Shown piece after piece: positions 18,814 to 29,330 of a stretch of DNA of 64,000 bases; position 1 is the first letter of the stretch; every line of letters begins with the position of its first letter. A program made the translations under genes and the position numbers. Source of the stretch: Gemmatimonadota bacterium (GTDB lineage Bacteria > Gemmatimonadota > Gemmatimonadetes > Palauibacterales > KS3-K002); NCBI GenBank assembly GCA_039589995.1, contig JBDHGH010000005.1:2813-66812 (forward strand). The letters are read 5' to 3'. A model generated the notes under the pieces. The model saw only the letters and a program-made list of their open reading frames with translations, made no database searches and was not told the origin of the DNA.

Positions 18814-19895
18814 CGGAGATCCTCCTCTCCGGCCGCCGAAGTGTTGATGAACGACGGAAGCCAGTCATCCCGACGCACTTCGGCGACAGGCTGGCCGTCG
18901 ACCATGCTGGCGGCGGGATGGCGGACCAGTAAGGCAGAGGACGGTGGGCCAGCGAGTAGCTCCACCGTGTCATCGATTCGCTGACCCAACCGCACCCATC
19001 GCAATCGCAGTTGCTCGCCGTCGACGATATACACGCCGTTCAACTGACCGCGAGATATCACCGCGTCCGCCGGGATCCAGCGGGTAGTGCTGGTCGGCTC
19101 GTCCAGCTCAATTCGCACGAACGAGCCGGGCGCGATATCGGGTAGCTCGGAGGGGCCAGCCTCAAAGTGAGCCTCGATGCGGAAGCGGCGGCTCGTGCGC
19201 TCGACGGCGGGAACGACACGTGTGATTCGCGCCGCATAACGCTCCGCGGTCTCGGAGCGATGGACGGCGATGACGTCGCCGACGGAGAGGCGCCCGGCCA
19301 GCTCGGCCGGCAGGTCGGCTTCGATCTCCAGGCCGCCCTCGCCGATCATTTCGAGGATTGGTGCACCGGGCGCCGCGAGGTCTCCGGGATCAGCACGCCG
19401 CGCCGTGATTACACCCGAGAACGGTGCGCGAAGAACGACATAGTCGCGTTGTGCACGTGCATCGCGCAGACCCGCTTCGGCTACGTCGAGCCGCGCGACA
19501 GCGTCGTCCAGTTCCTGCGCAGTCGCCGCTCCATCGGCGGCCAACGACGCGATGCGATCGTGCCACTGACGTGCGAGTTGCGCTGTGGCCTCGGCGCTCT
19601 CGATTCGTGCATCGATCTCCTTCGTGTCGAGCGTGACCAGCGCGGCACCTGCCGAGACGCGTGCCCCGATGTCGACCAGGACTTGCCGGATCGTTCCGCT
19701 CATTCGGGTGGCCATGACCGCTCGCTCGGACGCCAGTACGGTCGCAGGAGCTGTGATCACTCCGTGGGACGCGACCGACGTGAACACACTGACGTCGACG
19801 GGTTCCCTGTTACCAGACCGGCCATCGTGATTGCTGCCGCAGGCCGCGGCCGAGATCGCGAGTGCTGGGACGAGTATTCCTCTGATCCACTTCAT
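18810..19895 (-). CDS. RND efflux periplasmic adaptor (membrane fusion protein, HlyD/CzcB family)
   Basis: Lipoprotein-like N-terminus, coiled-coil and beta-barrel domains. Confidence 0.8.
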   Translation of the reverse strand: MKWIRGILVPALAISAAACGSNHDGRSGNREPVDVSVFTSVASHGVITAPATVLASERAVMATRMSGTIRQVLVDIGARVSAGAALVTLDTKEIDARIESAEATAQLARQWHDRIASLAADGAATAQELDDAVARLDVAEAGLRDARAQRDYVVLRAPFSGVITARRADPGDLAAPGAPILEMIGEGGLEIEADLPAELAGRLSVGDVIAVHRSETAERYAARITRVVPAVERTSRRFRIEAHFEAGPSELPDIAPGSFVRIELDEPTSTTRWIPADAVISRGQLNGVYIVDGEQLRLRWVRLGQRIDDTVELLAGPPSSALLVRHPAASMVDGQPVAEVRRDDWLPSFINTSAAGEEDLR

Positions 19896-19904
19896 TGGTG
19901 ACCC

Positions 19905-21133
19905 TCAGTTAGACTGCGATCGAACAAAGTCGAGTCGCGCGACTGCCATGTGATAGTCTGCCAGCGCGTCGATGGCGCCCTGGCGCATGGCCGTAGCACG
20001 AGCTTCGGCCTGTAATAGATCGGTTGCCGTCGCTAATCCTTCGTCGAAGCGTCGGCGCATGAGTCTTCTGCCTGCGTCTGCAGCCACGGAGGCTGTCTGT
20101 GTCGCATCGACTTGTAGTCGAGTGCTACGGACCGCACGCTCGGCCTGGTCCAGTTCGCTTTTCGCGTCGCGGAGAGCTTGTTCGTACTCCAGCGCTGCGA
20201 TCCGTTTCTCCATCTCAGCACGCTGGCCATCCGCCGAACGGCCGAAGCCGCTGAACAGGTTCCAGCGCAATATCACGCCCACGGTCCAGTTGGTGCCGTC
20301 GAAGGCGAGGGGCTCGGAGCTGTAGGTCGCGTACTGAGCCATGAGATCGACCGCCGGTATGTACGCCAGATTGGTTTGCTTCTTCGCGCTGCCTGCTGCC
20401 TCCGCCGTGGCGGCCAGGGCCCGAAGGTCTGACCGCTCCTCAGGGTTGAACGAGGTCTGAGCGGGCGCGGCCGGAGCCACCAGGGTGTCGCTCGGCGTGG
20501 GAAGCGTGTCAGAGCTCCAACCCAAATGCAGCCCCAAATCCTGAAGGGCATCGACGCGCGCGCCGGCGACAGCAGCCTGCTGGGCTCGTGCCGCGGCAAG
20601 TTCGGCTTCCGCCTGCAATAAGTCGGCTTCGGTGAGCAGTCCACGCTCGGCTCTCTTCCTGAACGAGTCCAGGGTAGCTTCGGCTGCGTCCACGGAAGCG
20701 TTCGCTTGGCCGAGCTTCTTCCAGCCCAGACCGTGGGATCGAGGAGGCTCCAGCGAAGATTGAAAGCGGTTGACCAGTCGTTGATCGCGTTGGGATTGTT
20801 CAGCTCTTGGAAGTCGAGATCAGCTGACGTGAATCGTCCTTGCCGCAGTTTCGTCCCAAACACGAACACGGGGTCGTTCGAGCGGATGAAGCCCGCGTTG
20901 ACATCTAGTCGTGGCCAGAGTGGCCCCGACGCCGATTTGTTGTAACTGCCGGCGATATCACGCCGGGCCTCCGCGATGGCGAGGTCCGGGTTGTCGGCCA
21001 GCGCCAAATCGATGGCGTGCTCCAGTGATAGCTGGCGAACGGCGATTCCACCCGGGTCGTCTTGCGCCGAGGCCTGGCTCGCTACGGCAATGCCGAAGAG
21101 GATAGCGGTTCCTAGTCTCATTAGCGTATGCAT
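19905..21133 (-). pseudogene. TolC/CzcC-family outer membrane factor split over two reading frames (frameshift near 20720-20740)
   Basis: Track ORFs 20273-21133 (signal peptide plus N-terminal half) and 19905-20693 (C-terminal half) are both TolC-like. Frame 2 stays open up to the stop at 20820. The N-terminal frame degenerates after ...WAGRSSAKR. Confidence 0.55.
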
Positions 21134-21167
21134 ATTTTTATATGTGTTGGGCCAAAAAAACGGCGCT

Positions 21168-21473
21168 CTACGGCTGACAATGATCGTGTATGCATTCGAT
21201 GACCTGCGTGACTCTCGCGTCGACTATGCGATAGTAGACGTTCACCCCGTCGCGTCGGCCGGCCAGGACTCCCTTGTCGCGCATAAGGTTGAGGTGTTGC
21301 GAAGCGACGGCCTGTTCGATTCCCAGCGATTCGTGAATTGTCGTCACATTACACTCGCCCTCTTTGTCCAGCAGCTCGATGATCTGGAGGCGTATCGGGT
21401 GGCCGATGCACTTGAGCATGGTAGCGGCCTGCTGGACCGCTTCCACGCTCAGGCTGTCTGCAGGTGTCTTCAT
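21168..21473 (-). CDS. ArsR/SmtB-family metal-sensing transcriptional repressor
   Basis: HTH with the CIGHPIRLQIIELL motif. Metal-binding Cys/His residues. First gene of the efflux operon. Confidence 0.85.
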   Translation of the reverse strand: MKTPADSLSVEAVQQAATMLKCIGHPIRLQIIELLDKEGECNVTTIHESLGIEQAVASQHLNLMRDKGVLAGRRDGVNVYYRIVDARVTQVIECIHDHCQP

Positions 21474-21500
21474 CCGGGTTCTCCTCTACAGTTGCGGTCC

Positions 21501-21524
21501 AATATATAGAGATATTCATATATG
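21501..21524. promoter_or_regulatory. AT-rich imperfect palindrome (AATATATAGAGATATTCATATATG), candidate ArsR/SmtB operator
   Basis: Lies 30-55 bp upstream of the arsR start. Contains an ATATTCA half-site similar to SmtB/CzrA operators. Confidence 0.35.
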
Positions 21525-21643
21525 TCAAGTTTTCAGATTGGGCCGGGCGATTCCCGCCGGTTCTGACAGCCGGGCGCGACTTTCTAGACCAGCCACATTC
21601 GGCGTCGTAGATTAGGCTGGCCCAACCTTTGTGAATCGTTGAG

Positions 21644-22054
21644 ATGGAGGCTACCGTGGACATCAGGCCGAACCGGCTGGTGTATTTGGGGTACGGCAAG
21701 TACTGGCGCTCGGACCAGATCGTCGGTCTCGTGCCCATCGAGGACGAGCGTGGCCCAGGTCGGCGCACCAACGTTCACGTGGCGACGTTGCAGCAACCGA
21801 TCGTCGCCTCTCGATCGGAGGAGTCGATTCGGCGAGAGATGGCTGCCGCGGGCGATGAAGAATTCAGGGTGGGGGAGATGCGCGCCGCGATCGCTGACTT
21901 GCTCGACGATCTTTCCGGCCTTTCCCCGGTACTAAAGAGGATGTTGCTGCACGAAGGCGGCGTCGATTTACGCCGCTGGGAAGACCGTCTCCGCAGTCTG
22001 GTCGCCGACGAGGACGCTCTATCAGGCCAGGAGGATCTCTTCGGCTCGGACTAG
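21644..22054 (+). CDS. Hypothetical protein, possibly DUF370/RemA-like, with an acidic C-terminal extension
   Basis: GxGxxxxxxxIVGLVPxE...GPGRRT pattern loosely resembles RemA. Confidence 0.3.
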   Translation: MEATVDIRPNRLVYLGYGKYWRSDQIVGLVPIEDERGPGRRTNVHVATLQQPIVASRSEESIRREMAAAGDEEFRVGEMRAAIADLLDDLSGLSPVLKRMLLHEGGVDLRRWEDRLRSLVADEDALSGQEDLFGSD

Positions 22055-22087
22055 GCGTTCGTTAACCAAGTTGGCCTCAGCTGTAGA

Positions 22088-23866
22088 GTGACGCGTTACC
22101 TGCCAAACCCAGTTCGGATTGCACCCCCTATCGTGAAGCCGCTCGCGATAATCACGGCTTTGGTGCTACAACTCCTGGCCGTCGTGCCGACGTTGCGGGC
22201 GCAGGCATCGGATGAATGCGCCGACGGTCGGATAGCGACCGTCACCATCGTGACGGAGGGCATCTTCCCAGACAGCGCTGCAGACGAGGGCGGCGTCACA
22301 GGTAAGCTGTACGGCGCGGCAAACTGGTTGCACGTCGAGACACGGGAAGGCGTCATCCGACGCGAGCTTCTCTTCAACGAAGGCGAGTGCGTTGACGCTC
22401 TGCGCTTGAGCGAGAGCGAGCGTGTGCTGCGCGGCCTAGGGTTCCTCGAGTCGGCGAGCGTGGAGACCCAGCGTCGGCCGGACGGTGACGTCGATGTCCG
22501 GGTGGTCACCAAAGACGATTGGTCGTTGCGGCTCGAACCGCGTTTCAATCTCGGTGGCGGGTTCGCCATCTCGGGCATTCGGCTGGGCGAGACGAATCTC
22601 GGCGGTCAAGGCAAGGAACTGCAGCTATCCTATATCGTCCGCTCCGGGCCTAACGACATCGTCCTTACCTACATCGACCCGCAGTTTATGAAGACCCGCT
22701 GGGACCTAGGCGCCAGTGTGATATACGGAGGTCCGGGTTGGACGGTGGGTCAGGTGCTCGCCTACCCGTTTCTCGGCTTAGTGGGCAACTGGGCGGCCTT
22801 TCAAAATGCCCTGTACAGCGAACGCTACTTCAGATACGTGGTCGAGTCGACATCCGAAAGCTCGACCGAACTGCTGCTCCCTACGCTGCAGAAGGCAATC
22901 GGCATCGGTGGGGCATTGCGTAGTCACGCGCCACAGCGCGGCAGGTCTACGCGGTTGGCGTCCTATGGAACGTCGATCACGTACAGCGATACTCGGTACA
23001 GCAACGAACCTGGTGCAGATAGCATCCCCGAGGGCACGGTTGCCACCATTCAACCGAGAGAGGCTCTTCAGTTGAATCTCGTCGGCGGTCTGCGGTCACT
23101 GGACTACGTCAAGCGGAGCGGTGTGGCCACACTCGGCGCGGTGGAGGACATCGCGTTGGGGGCTTCCGCCGATGGACTGGTGGGTGCGGCGCCGCAGTGG
23201 TTCGGCATGACAGACTCGTACGTGATCCTCGGTCTCGATCTCTACGGCGCATCCCGCGTGCGCGGAAACTGGTTTTCCGTACTATGGGCCGGAGGCGAAG
23301 CCCGCTGGGACTATCAGGATGGCGATTGGCACGACATGTTTGCGGCCGCTCACTGGACCAACTTCTGGATTGTGAGCTCCAGGAGCACAAACGAGATCGC
23401 CGTCAGTTACAGCGCGGGGTGGCGGACTACGGTGCCATTCCAGCTGACCCTAGGTGGCCCATACAAATTGGGTGGCTATACGTTGGATCGGTTCCCTGGG
23501 GGAGAGCGAGTAAACCTGCGCGTAGAGAACCGATACACGCTCACGAGAATCGGCGAACTGATCGACATCGGTAGCGTGGTTTTCGCCGACATGGGTCAGA
23601 TGTGGTCCAACGGTGCTCTCTTCGGTCAGAACTCCGAGTTCCGAGCTTCCGCTGGCGTGGGTCTTCGCTTCGCGGCGCCCAGTGGGAGCCGGCAGACCTA
23701 TCGTCTGCAATTCGGCTTCCCCATCGATGGAGGTATCAAGTTCGACGAATTGGTGGTCTCGTTCAGCATCGATCGTCAGTTGAGGCTCGAGGGACGAGGT
23801 GCGGATCCGCAACTGGCGCGTAGCCGCGACATCGCCATCGGTGCGGCCCGGCGGTACCTGAAGTGA
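22088..23866 (+). CDS. Omp85-family outer-membrane protein (single POTRA plus surface-antigen beta-barrel)
   Basis: Signal peptide (probable true GTG start at 22133: MKPLAIITALVLQLLAVVPTLRAQA). GIRLGETNLGGQGKEL barrel-start motif. Aromatic-rich C-terminus. Confidence 0.65.
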   Translation: MTRYLPNPVRIAPPIVKPLAIITALVLQLLAVVPTLRAQASDECADGRIATVTIVTEGIFPDSAADEGGVTGKLYGAANWLHVETREGVIRRELLFNEGECVDALRLSESERVLRGLGFLESASVETQRRPDGDVDVRVVTKDDWSLRLEPRFNLGGGFAISGIRLGETNLGGQGKELQLSYIVRSGPNDIVLTYIDPQFMKTRWDLGASVIYGGPGWTVGQVLAYPFLGLVGNWAAFQNALYSERYFRYVVESTSESSTELLLPTLQKAIGIGGALRSHAPQRGRSTRLASYGTSITYSDTRYSNEPGADSIPEGTVATIQPREALQLNLVGGLRSLDYVKRSGVATLGAVEDIALGASADGLVGAAPQWFGMTDSYVILGLDLYGASRVRGNWFSVLWAGGEARWDYQDGDWHDMFAAAHWTNFWIVSSRSTNEIAVSYSAGWRTTVPFQLTLGGPYKLGGYTLDRFPGGERVNLRVENRYTLTRIGELIDIGSVVFADMGQMWSNGALFGQNSEFRASAGVGLRFAAPSGSRQTYRLQFGFPIDGGIKFDELVVSFSIDRQLRLEGRGADPQLARSRDIAIGAARRYLK

Positions 23867-25212
23867 GTGACAGAGCCACCGTCTATCGGGCCGCATGGGT
23901 TCTGCCGGTCTCCGCTCCTCCGCTGGCCGGAGGCGCTATTAGGGTCGACGCAACCGGCTGTATCGAAGCGGTCGGGCCAGCCGAGCAAGTGCCGGCCGAT
24001 GGAGCTAGCACCGTCGATCTCGGCGATGCCCTGATTCTCCCCGGCCTGGTCAACCTCCACGCGCATCCGGAACTCACCGTTCTCCGCGGCTGTCTCGAAG
24101 ACCTCGAGTTCACCCGTTGGATCGAAAAGCTCACCGAACTCAAGTACGAAGTGTTGACGCCGGAAGCGACTCGGGTTTCGACGTGGCTCGGTGTGGCGGA
24201 AGCTATCGCGGCGGGTGTTACGTGCATGGCGGCGCCGGACGATGCCGGATACTTGCTCGAAGCGATGGTGCACTCGGGCCTCCGAGGTCGCGTGTACAGG
24301 GAAATCTTCGGTCCCGCGCCCGAGCAGGCGGCCGCGTCGCTGGCCGAGATCGAAGCCAAGGTCGACGAGATGCGCCCGCTTGGCAACGATCGAGTAGACA
24401 TCGGTATTTCGCCGCACGCACCGTATACGGTGTCAGATCGGTTGTTCGAGGCGCTCGCAGACTATGCGGGTTCGACGGGTCTTCCCGTGAGCATACACGT
24501 GGCCGAGTCGGACGCCGAAGATCGTTTCGTACGAGAGGGTACCGGCCCGTTCGCCGAGCGGTTGCTGGCACGCGGCATCGATGTGACGCCCCAAGACATG
24601 TCGCCCATCGCCAAACTGGCGGAGACCGGCATACTCGCCGCCCGACCGTTGCTCGTTCACTGTGTGCGCGTCGATGCCTCGGACATAGCCGCCATGGCCG
24701 ATCACGGAGCGTCGATCGCTCACTGCCCCGTCTCGAATGCCAAACTGGGACACGGAGTGGCGCCGTTGCCGGACTTCATGACGGCGGGAATCGCCGTGGG
24801 CCTGGGCAGCGATTCGGTCGCCGCCAACAACCGAGTGGATTTGTTCGAGGAAGCTCGCTTCGCGGCGCTTCAACAGCGTGGCCTGAGACGCGAGGCGGCG
24901 CTGTTGAGCGCTGAGGATCTTATGGGCTTGGCTACTCTGGAGGGAGCGCGCGCGCTGGGCCTCGACGACAGGATCGGGACGCTGGAGCCAGGGAAGGATG
25001 CGGACTTCATCGCGGTGAAGCTCAGCGCCCCGCACCTTACCCCGGCGGGCGATCCGCTTGCGGCTCTGTTTCACTCCGCCGTCGTTGGCGATGTCTTCCT
25101 AACGGTTGTCGCGGGGCGGGTACTATACCGAGACGGGGCGTTCGCCACTCTTGACTGGCCGGGTTTGACGGATGCTGCCCAGAGAATCGTTCCCGCGGAT
25201 TTCCGAAAGTGA
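23863..25212 (+). CDS. Amidohydrolase-family protein (TRZ/ATZ-like, MTA/SAH-deaminase or chlorohydrolase type)
   Basis: LVNLHAHPELT metal-binding HxH motif. GTG start overlaps the upstream stop (GTGA). Confidence 0.75.
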   Translation: MSDRATVYRAAWVLPVSAPPLAGGAIRVDATGCIEAVGPAEQVPADGASTVDLGDALILPGLVNLHAHPELTVLRGCLEDLEFTRWIEKLTELKYEVLTPEATRVSTWLGVAEAIAAGVTCMAAPDDAGYLLEAMVHSGLRGRVYREIFGPAPEQAAASLAEIEAKVDEMRPLGNDRVDIGISPHAPYTVSDRLFEALADYAGSTGLPVSIHVAESDAEDRFVREGTGPFAERLLARGIDVTPQDMSPIAKLAETGILAARPLLVHCVRVDASDIAAMADHGASIAHCPVSNAKLGHGVAPLPDFMTAGIAVGLGSDSVAANNRVDLFEEARFAALQQRGLRREAALLSAEDLMGLATLEGARALGLDDRIGTLEPGKDADFIAVKLSAPHLTPAGDPLAALFHSAVVGDVFLTVVAGRVLYRDGAFATLDWPGLTDAAQRIVPADFRK

Positions 25213-25297
25213 TTGCGGGAACCTGCTTTTAGCGACAACGTTGGTAGGCGTAGGATCGGGTGGATTGTCGGCAATATCGAATCGAGATAGGACTTAG

Positions 25298-26161
25298 ATG
25301 ATGAGGCACAGAGCGGTTCTGATCGCCGTAGCGATGGCCATAACGGTCGGGGCGTCTGGGCGTGCCTCCGCGCAGGGCATCGACCACGCCGGCTTGGATA
25401 CCGTGTTCGCCCATTTTGTGCGGGATGGTCGGGTCGATTACGCTGCTCTCCAGCAAGGTCGTGCCTCACTCGATGAGTACATCGCTGAAGTTTCCGCGGT
25501 TACGACCGAACAGTTCGCCGTCTGGTCGGAGGCGGACCAGATCGCGTATCTCCTGAACGCGTACAACGCGTATGTTCTCGAGACGATCATCGACAATTAT
25601 CCCATCAAGGCGGCCGGATTTTTCAAGAAGCTTACGTCTCCCAAGATGTTCTCGTTCCCCGATAATTCGATTCGTCAGATCGATGGTGTGTTCGATGGTA
25701 TTCCACACAAAGTCGCTGGGACCGAGATGACGCTGGACGGCATAGAGCACGGTGCGCTCCGCGCTGACTACAACGAACCACGGATCCACTTCGCGCTGGT
25801 CTGCGCTGCCGTGAGCTGCCCGCCGTTAAGGGAGGAAGCGTTCCGTGGCGAGGTCCTGGATGATCAGCTTGATAGTCAGGGGCACATCTTTCTGAACGAT
25901 CCGCGACTCAATCGCTTCGAAGCCGATCGAGGAGAAATTTACTTATCGAAGATCTTCGATTGGTTCGGTGACGACTTTCGTCAGTTCGCCAGTGACACGG
26001 GGTACCAACGTGACGAGAAAGTGAACGGTGTGTTGACCTTCGTGTCCCGCTACCTCGTTGACCGAGTCGTTGGATTCTTGGGGACTGGGGAGTACAAGGT
26101 CGATTTCCTCAAGTACGATTGGACCCTCAACGACCAGGCAGTCGCAGCCGCCACTCAGTGA
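25298..26161 (+). CDS. DUF547 domain secreted protein
   Basis: Signal peptide. IHFALVCAAVSCPPL motif characteristic of DUF547. Confidence 0.7.
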   Translation: MMRHRAVLIAVAMAITVGASGRASAQGIDHAGLDTVFAHFVRDGRVDYAALQQGRASLDEYIAEVSAVTTEQFAVWSEADQIAYLLNAYNAYVLETIIDNYPIKAAGFFKKLTSPKMFSFPDNSIRQIDGVFDGIPHKVAGTEMTLDGIEHGALRADYNEPRIHFALVCAAVSCPPLREEAFRGEVLDDQLDSQGHIFLNDPRLNRFEADRGEIYLSKIFDWFGDDFRQFASDTGYQRDEKVNGVLTFVSRYLVDRVVGFLGTGEYKVDFLKYDWTLNDQAVAAATQ

Positions 26162-28302
26162 GACGCCGCCTCTCGGTCGGTACGCTCTGGTTCGCGGCCC
26201 ACGCCGCGCTCGCACCGGCCGCTCTGTTGACTTCCTTCGCCGCCCCCGGCGTCGCTGCGCAGGTGAACTCCAGCGGCTTCGGCATCGGGGCGCAGGCGCC
26301 CGTCGGAGATTGGAACGATACACAGGCTCGTGAGATTGTCAGCCGCGCCATCGAGCGACGAGCGAGTTGGACGGGCGATGACGAGCTGTCTGATTATCGT
26401 GCCAGGGCGCTCGGGCACATCTACTTCCTCTACGACATGGGGCGCACCACGGAGCGTCACCTGGTGAAAGCCGATCAACTGGCGCTGGATCTCTTCTGGC
26501 GGGTCCCCGACCAGACTCGGCAACTGCTGATCGGGCGCAGGGAAAGGAAGGTATTGCCCACCAACATCCGCTATCATCTGGATCACCTGACCGTAGTGAT
26601 GGACAACTTCGGGGACCGGATTTACTTGGGTGAAGGGTCCGAAGTGAAGGACGCGCTGCACCCGGCCGCGCCGGGCGCCCTTGCGTTTTATGAGTATCGG
26701 GTCACCGATTCGCTGACGCTGCATCTGGCACAACGCGAGACACAGGTCTACAAAATCGAGATGCGCCCGCGTGATCCGAGCCAGCCGGGATTAGTCGGTG
26801 CCATGTACCTGGACCGCACGTCCGCGGACATCGTTCGCATGGAGTTTACATTCACGGCCGCTTCCTATCTTGACGACACGTTGGACTACTTCAACGTGCG
26901 GCTCGAGAACGCTCTGTGGGATGGCCGCTACTGGCTTCCGTACCGTCAGGGGATCGAGCTAAGGCGGGAGGTCCGGTTCCTGGAGTTCCCGGCCGGCGGA
27001 ATCATCCGCGCCGAGTTCCGCATCAGCGACTACCGGTTCAACACGGGGACACCGGAAGCCTATTTCCGGGGGCCGAGCGTCGTGGCCCTGCCGCCCGACC
27101 GGCGCGACGATTTCGTCTTCGAGGATGGGCTGTACGATGCCCTCGACCCGGATATCGCGGTCGCGCCCCCGTCGCTCGATGAGATCCGCGAGGAAGCCAG
27201 CCAGATGGTGGCGGAGTCGTATTTGAAGCAGGCTGAGCGCCTCAAGCTCGCTGTCCCAGGCGCCTCCTCGGTTCTGCGTTTTCGTCGAGCCGAGGGTCTC
27301 TATGTGGGGCCGGGTATCAATCGCGGTTTCCCCCAGGGCAACATCTTGATCTTGGGTGGCTACGCCATCGGCCAGGATCGCTGGCAGTTGGAGGTCTCGG
27401 TCAGAGTCACGAACCCCTCCGGCTCCGAGCTCGAGCTGGTCGGCTATGTCGACCGTACGGCGGACGTCGGCCCATGGAAACCAAGTTCGGGAGCGGTAGC
27501 CAGCTTTGCCGCGCTATTCGATGGCGAAGACCACCGTGAGCCGTATTGGATGAGAGGCGGGCTGCTGAGAATCTCACAACGACTGGGCGCCGCGCGTGCG
27601 AATGCCGCCGTCGCCTGGCAGACATGGAAACCGGCGTCGTTGACCGCCGATGCGGTGATCGACCGGAGCTACCGGCCCGTTCGGCAACTCGACGAGGGAG
27701 AGGTGCTCCTACTGAAACTGGGCTTGGACAGGCCTGCGGTTGCTGCGGTCGAGGAAGTCGGTGGCGCGAAATGGGAGGCATGGGTCGAAGGCGCGAGTCG
27801 TTCCGTCGGGGGCGACTTCGGCTACGTATATGGGGCGGCGCGAGCGGAGCAGCTTTGGCCCACAACAGCGCTGGGCGTCGGCGTTCGGCTCTCAGGCGCC
27901 GTGGGCGGTGTGGGTGGCGACCGGATCCCGGCCGAGCGACTCTTCCCGCTCGGCGGGCGCGGAAGCGTTAGAGGATTCTCCTTTCATCGGTTCGTTGGAA
28001 ATCTCTACGCGATGGGTAGCATCGAGTTGAGCCGAGCAATCCGTCCGCCGTTCCTGTCGGCTTCCTTATTCTCGGATATCGGCTGGGTCGGAATCGAGGG
28101 CTCGAGTGCCGACCGGGCTGTGGGGGTGTGGAATCAGGTTGGCGCACCGGCGGGGGCGACGCGTGGGCCCCAGGTGGGCGTCGGCGCGAGCCTCGGGCTA
28201 GCCTTCAATATCCTGTGGCTGGATGTCGCACGAGGGCTTGGAGAGGAAGGAATCTGGGAAGTGGTATTCCGGGTGCGATCGGAATTCTGGGGCTGGCTCT
28301 AG
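26158..28302 (+). CDS. Large outer-membrane protein with a C-terminal Omp85/surface-antigen-like barrel
   Basis: GTG at 26158 overlaps the DUF547 stop (GTGA). The track ORF starts at a TTG at 26119. Signal-like N-terminus. FPLGGRGSVRGF barrel motif. C-terminal ...FWGWL. Confidence 0.5.
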   Translation: MRRRLSVGTLWFAAHAALAPAALLTSFAAPGVAAQVNSSGFGIGAQAPVGDWNDTQAREIVSRAIERRASWTGDDELSDYRARALGHIYFLYDMGRTTERHLVKADQLALDLFWRVPDQTRQLLIGRRERKVLPTNIRYHLDHLTVVMDNFGDRIYLGEGSEVKDALHPAAPGALAFYEYRVTDSLTLHLAQRETQVYKIEMRPRDPSQPGLVGAMYLDRTSADIVRMEFTFTAASYLDDTLDYFNVRLENALWDGRYWLPYRQGIELRREVRFLEFPAGGIIRAEFRISDYRFNTGTPEAYFRGPSVVALPPDRRDDFVFEDGLYDALDPDIAVAPPSLDEIREEASQMVAESYLKQAERLKLAVPGASSVLRFRRAEGLYVGPGINRGFPQGNILILGGYAIGQDRWQLEVSVRVTNPSGSELELVGYVDRTADVGPWKPSSGAVASFAALFDGEDHREPYWMRGGLLRISQRLGAARANAAVAWQTWKPASLTADAVIDRSYRPVRQLDEGEVLLLKLGLDRPAVAAVEEVGGAKWEAWVEGASRSVGGDFGYVYGAARAEQLWPTTALGVGVRLSGAVGGVGGDRIPAERLFPLGGRGSVRGFSFHRFVGNLYAMGSIELSRAIRPPFLSASLFSDIGWVGIEGSSADRAVGVWNQVGAPAGATRGPQVGVGASLGLAFNILWLDVARGLGEEGIWEVVFRVRSEFWGWL

Positions 28303-28314
28303 TTCAACGGTGAA

Positions 28315-29223
28315 TCAATTCCAGCCCGCCATGACGACATGCGTCGGATTGGCGATTAGGATGAACGCCTTTTCGAAGAAAGTCGTTCCGTTCTTCTTCA
28401 TCGACAGCGTCGCTCGATGGATCAACTCACCCAGCACCGCCCCGGTGGTGGGGGTAATGATCAGGTCCTGAATGCTCGGTTGCTCGGCCACGGCTTCGAA
28501 CGCGTATTCCCACTGCGCCGAAAGTATCGCGCTAAAGATGAATCCTTGAGCCGGGGTCGATCCCTGCGACCTCACCGTGTTGTAATAGACGGCCCCGCCG
28601 TAGGGATGGCCGACCCAGTTGTGGAACCACCAATCGTCGTCCATCGTTGGCGGGTTGCTCCAGGCGCGCTCGATGTTGCTGACACCATCCTGGATGAAAT
28701 CGTCGTGCCAACCGGTCCAATCTTTCGGCACCATCATCGTGATGGCCAAGAGCGACACTTCGATCCCGGTGATGAACGTCCATCCCCTCCAGAACTGGTT
28801 TCGGTAGGACGCACCCATCAGACCTTCCGTCGTCACGCTGTAGAGCACGACGGGAGAGTCCGCCGGTAGCGGCGCACCATCGATCCCTTCGGGTGGCGGG
28901 AACCATACAGGAAGGTGATCGATCTCCGACTCTACTGAGGCTGCGAGAAAAACCGACTCGAACGGCTCGTTCCAGATATCGGGTGGCAGCAGACGGCCGG
29001 AGTAGGGAACATCGACATTGGGTGCGGAGAGGCTCGTCCCGAGGTACAGATGCCAGTCGCTGCTAGGCGAACCCGGCAGCTCCCACTCCCAAATAGGCAG
29101 AAACCGCGGCACAGAGCCAGGCCCGGCGTCGGCCCCCCAGGGCCCTTGCGCATAGCCGGGCCTGGGGCAATAGAAAGCCATCAGGGCCAGGGTCAGCAAG
29201 GATGCTATTCGACTGGCACTCAT
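28315..29223 (-). CDS. Secreted hypothetical protein, DUF3943-like
   Basis: Signal peptide. WVGHPYGGAVYYN motif. Confidence 0.35.
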   Translation of the reverse strand: MSASRIASLLTLALMAFYCPRPGYAQGPWGADAGPGSVPRFLPIWEWELPGSPSSDWHLYLGTSLSAPNVDVPYSGRLLPPDIWNEPFESVFLAASVESEIDHLPVWFPPPEGIDGAPLPADSPVVLYSVTTEGLMGASYRNQFWRGWTFITGIEVSLLAITMMVPKDWTGWHDDFIQDGVSNIERAWSNPPTMDDDWWFHNWVGHPYGGAVYYNTVRSQGSTPAQGFIFSAILSAQWEYAFEAVAEQPSIQDLIITPTTGAVLGELIHRATLSMKKNGTTFFEKAFILIANPTHVVMAGWN

Positions 29224-29330
29224 TACAATTCCGGCATAGCAGGTTGGGGCTCGACCTCATAATGACGAGGAGTACAATCGCGCCAAATGGCCGAAAAGGC
29301 AATAGGTGGACGGGTTTATCGGCTTGGCTG

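Noticed and set aside
26119-26157. TTG start at 26119 for the large outer-membrane protein (43-nt overlap with DUF547)
   Set aside because: GTG at 26158 overlapping the upstream stop (GTGA) gives a cleaner coupled start with a signal-peptide-like N-terminus.
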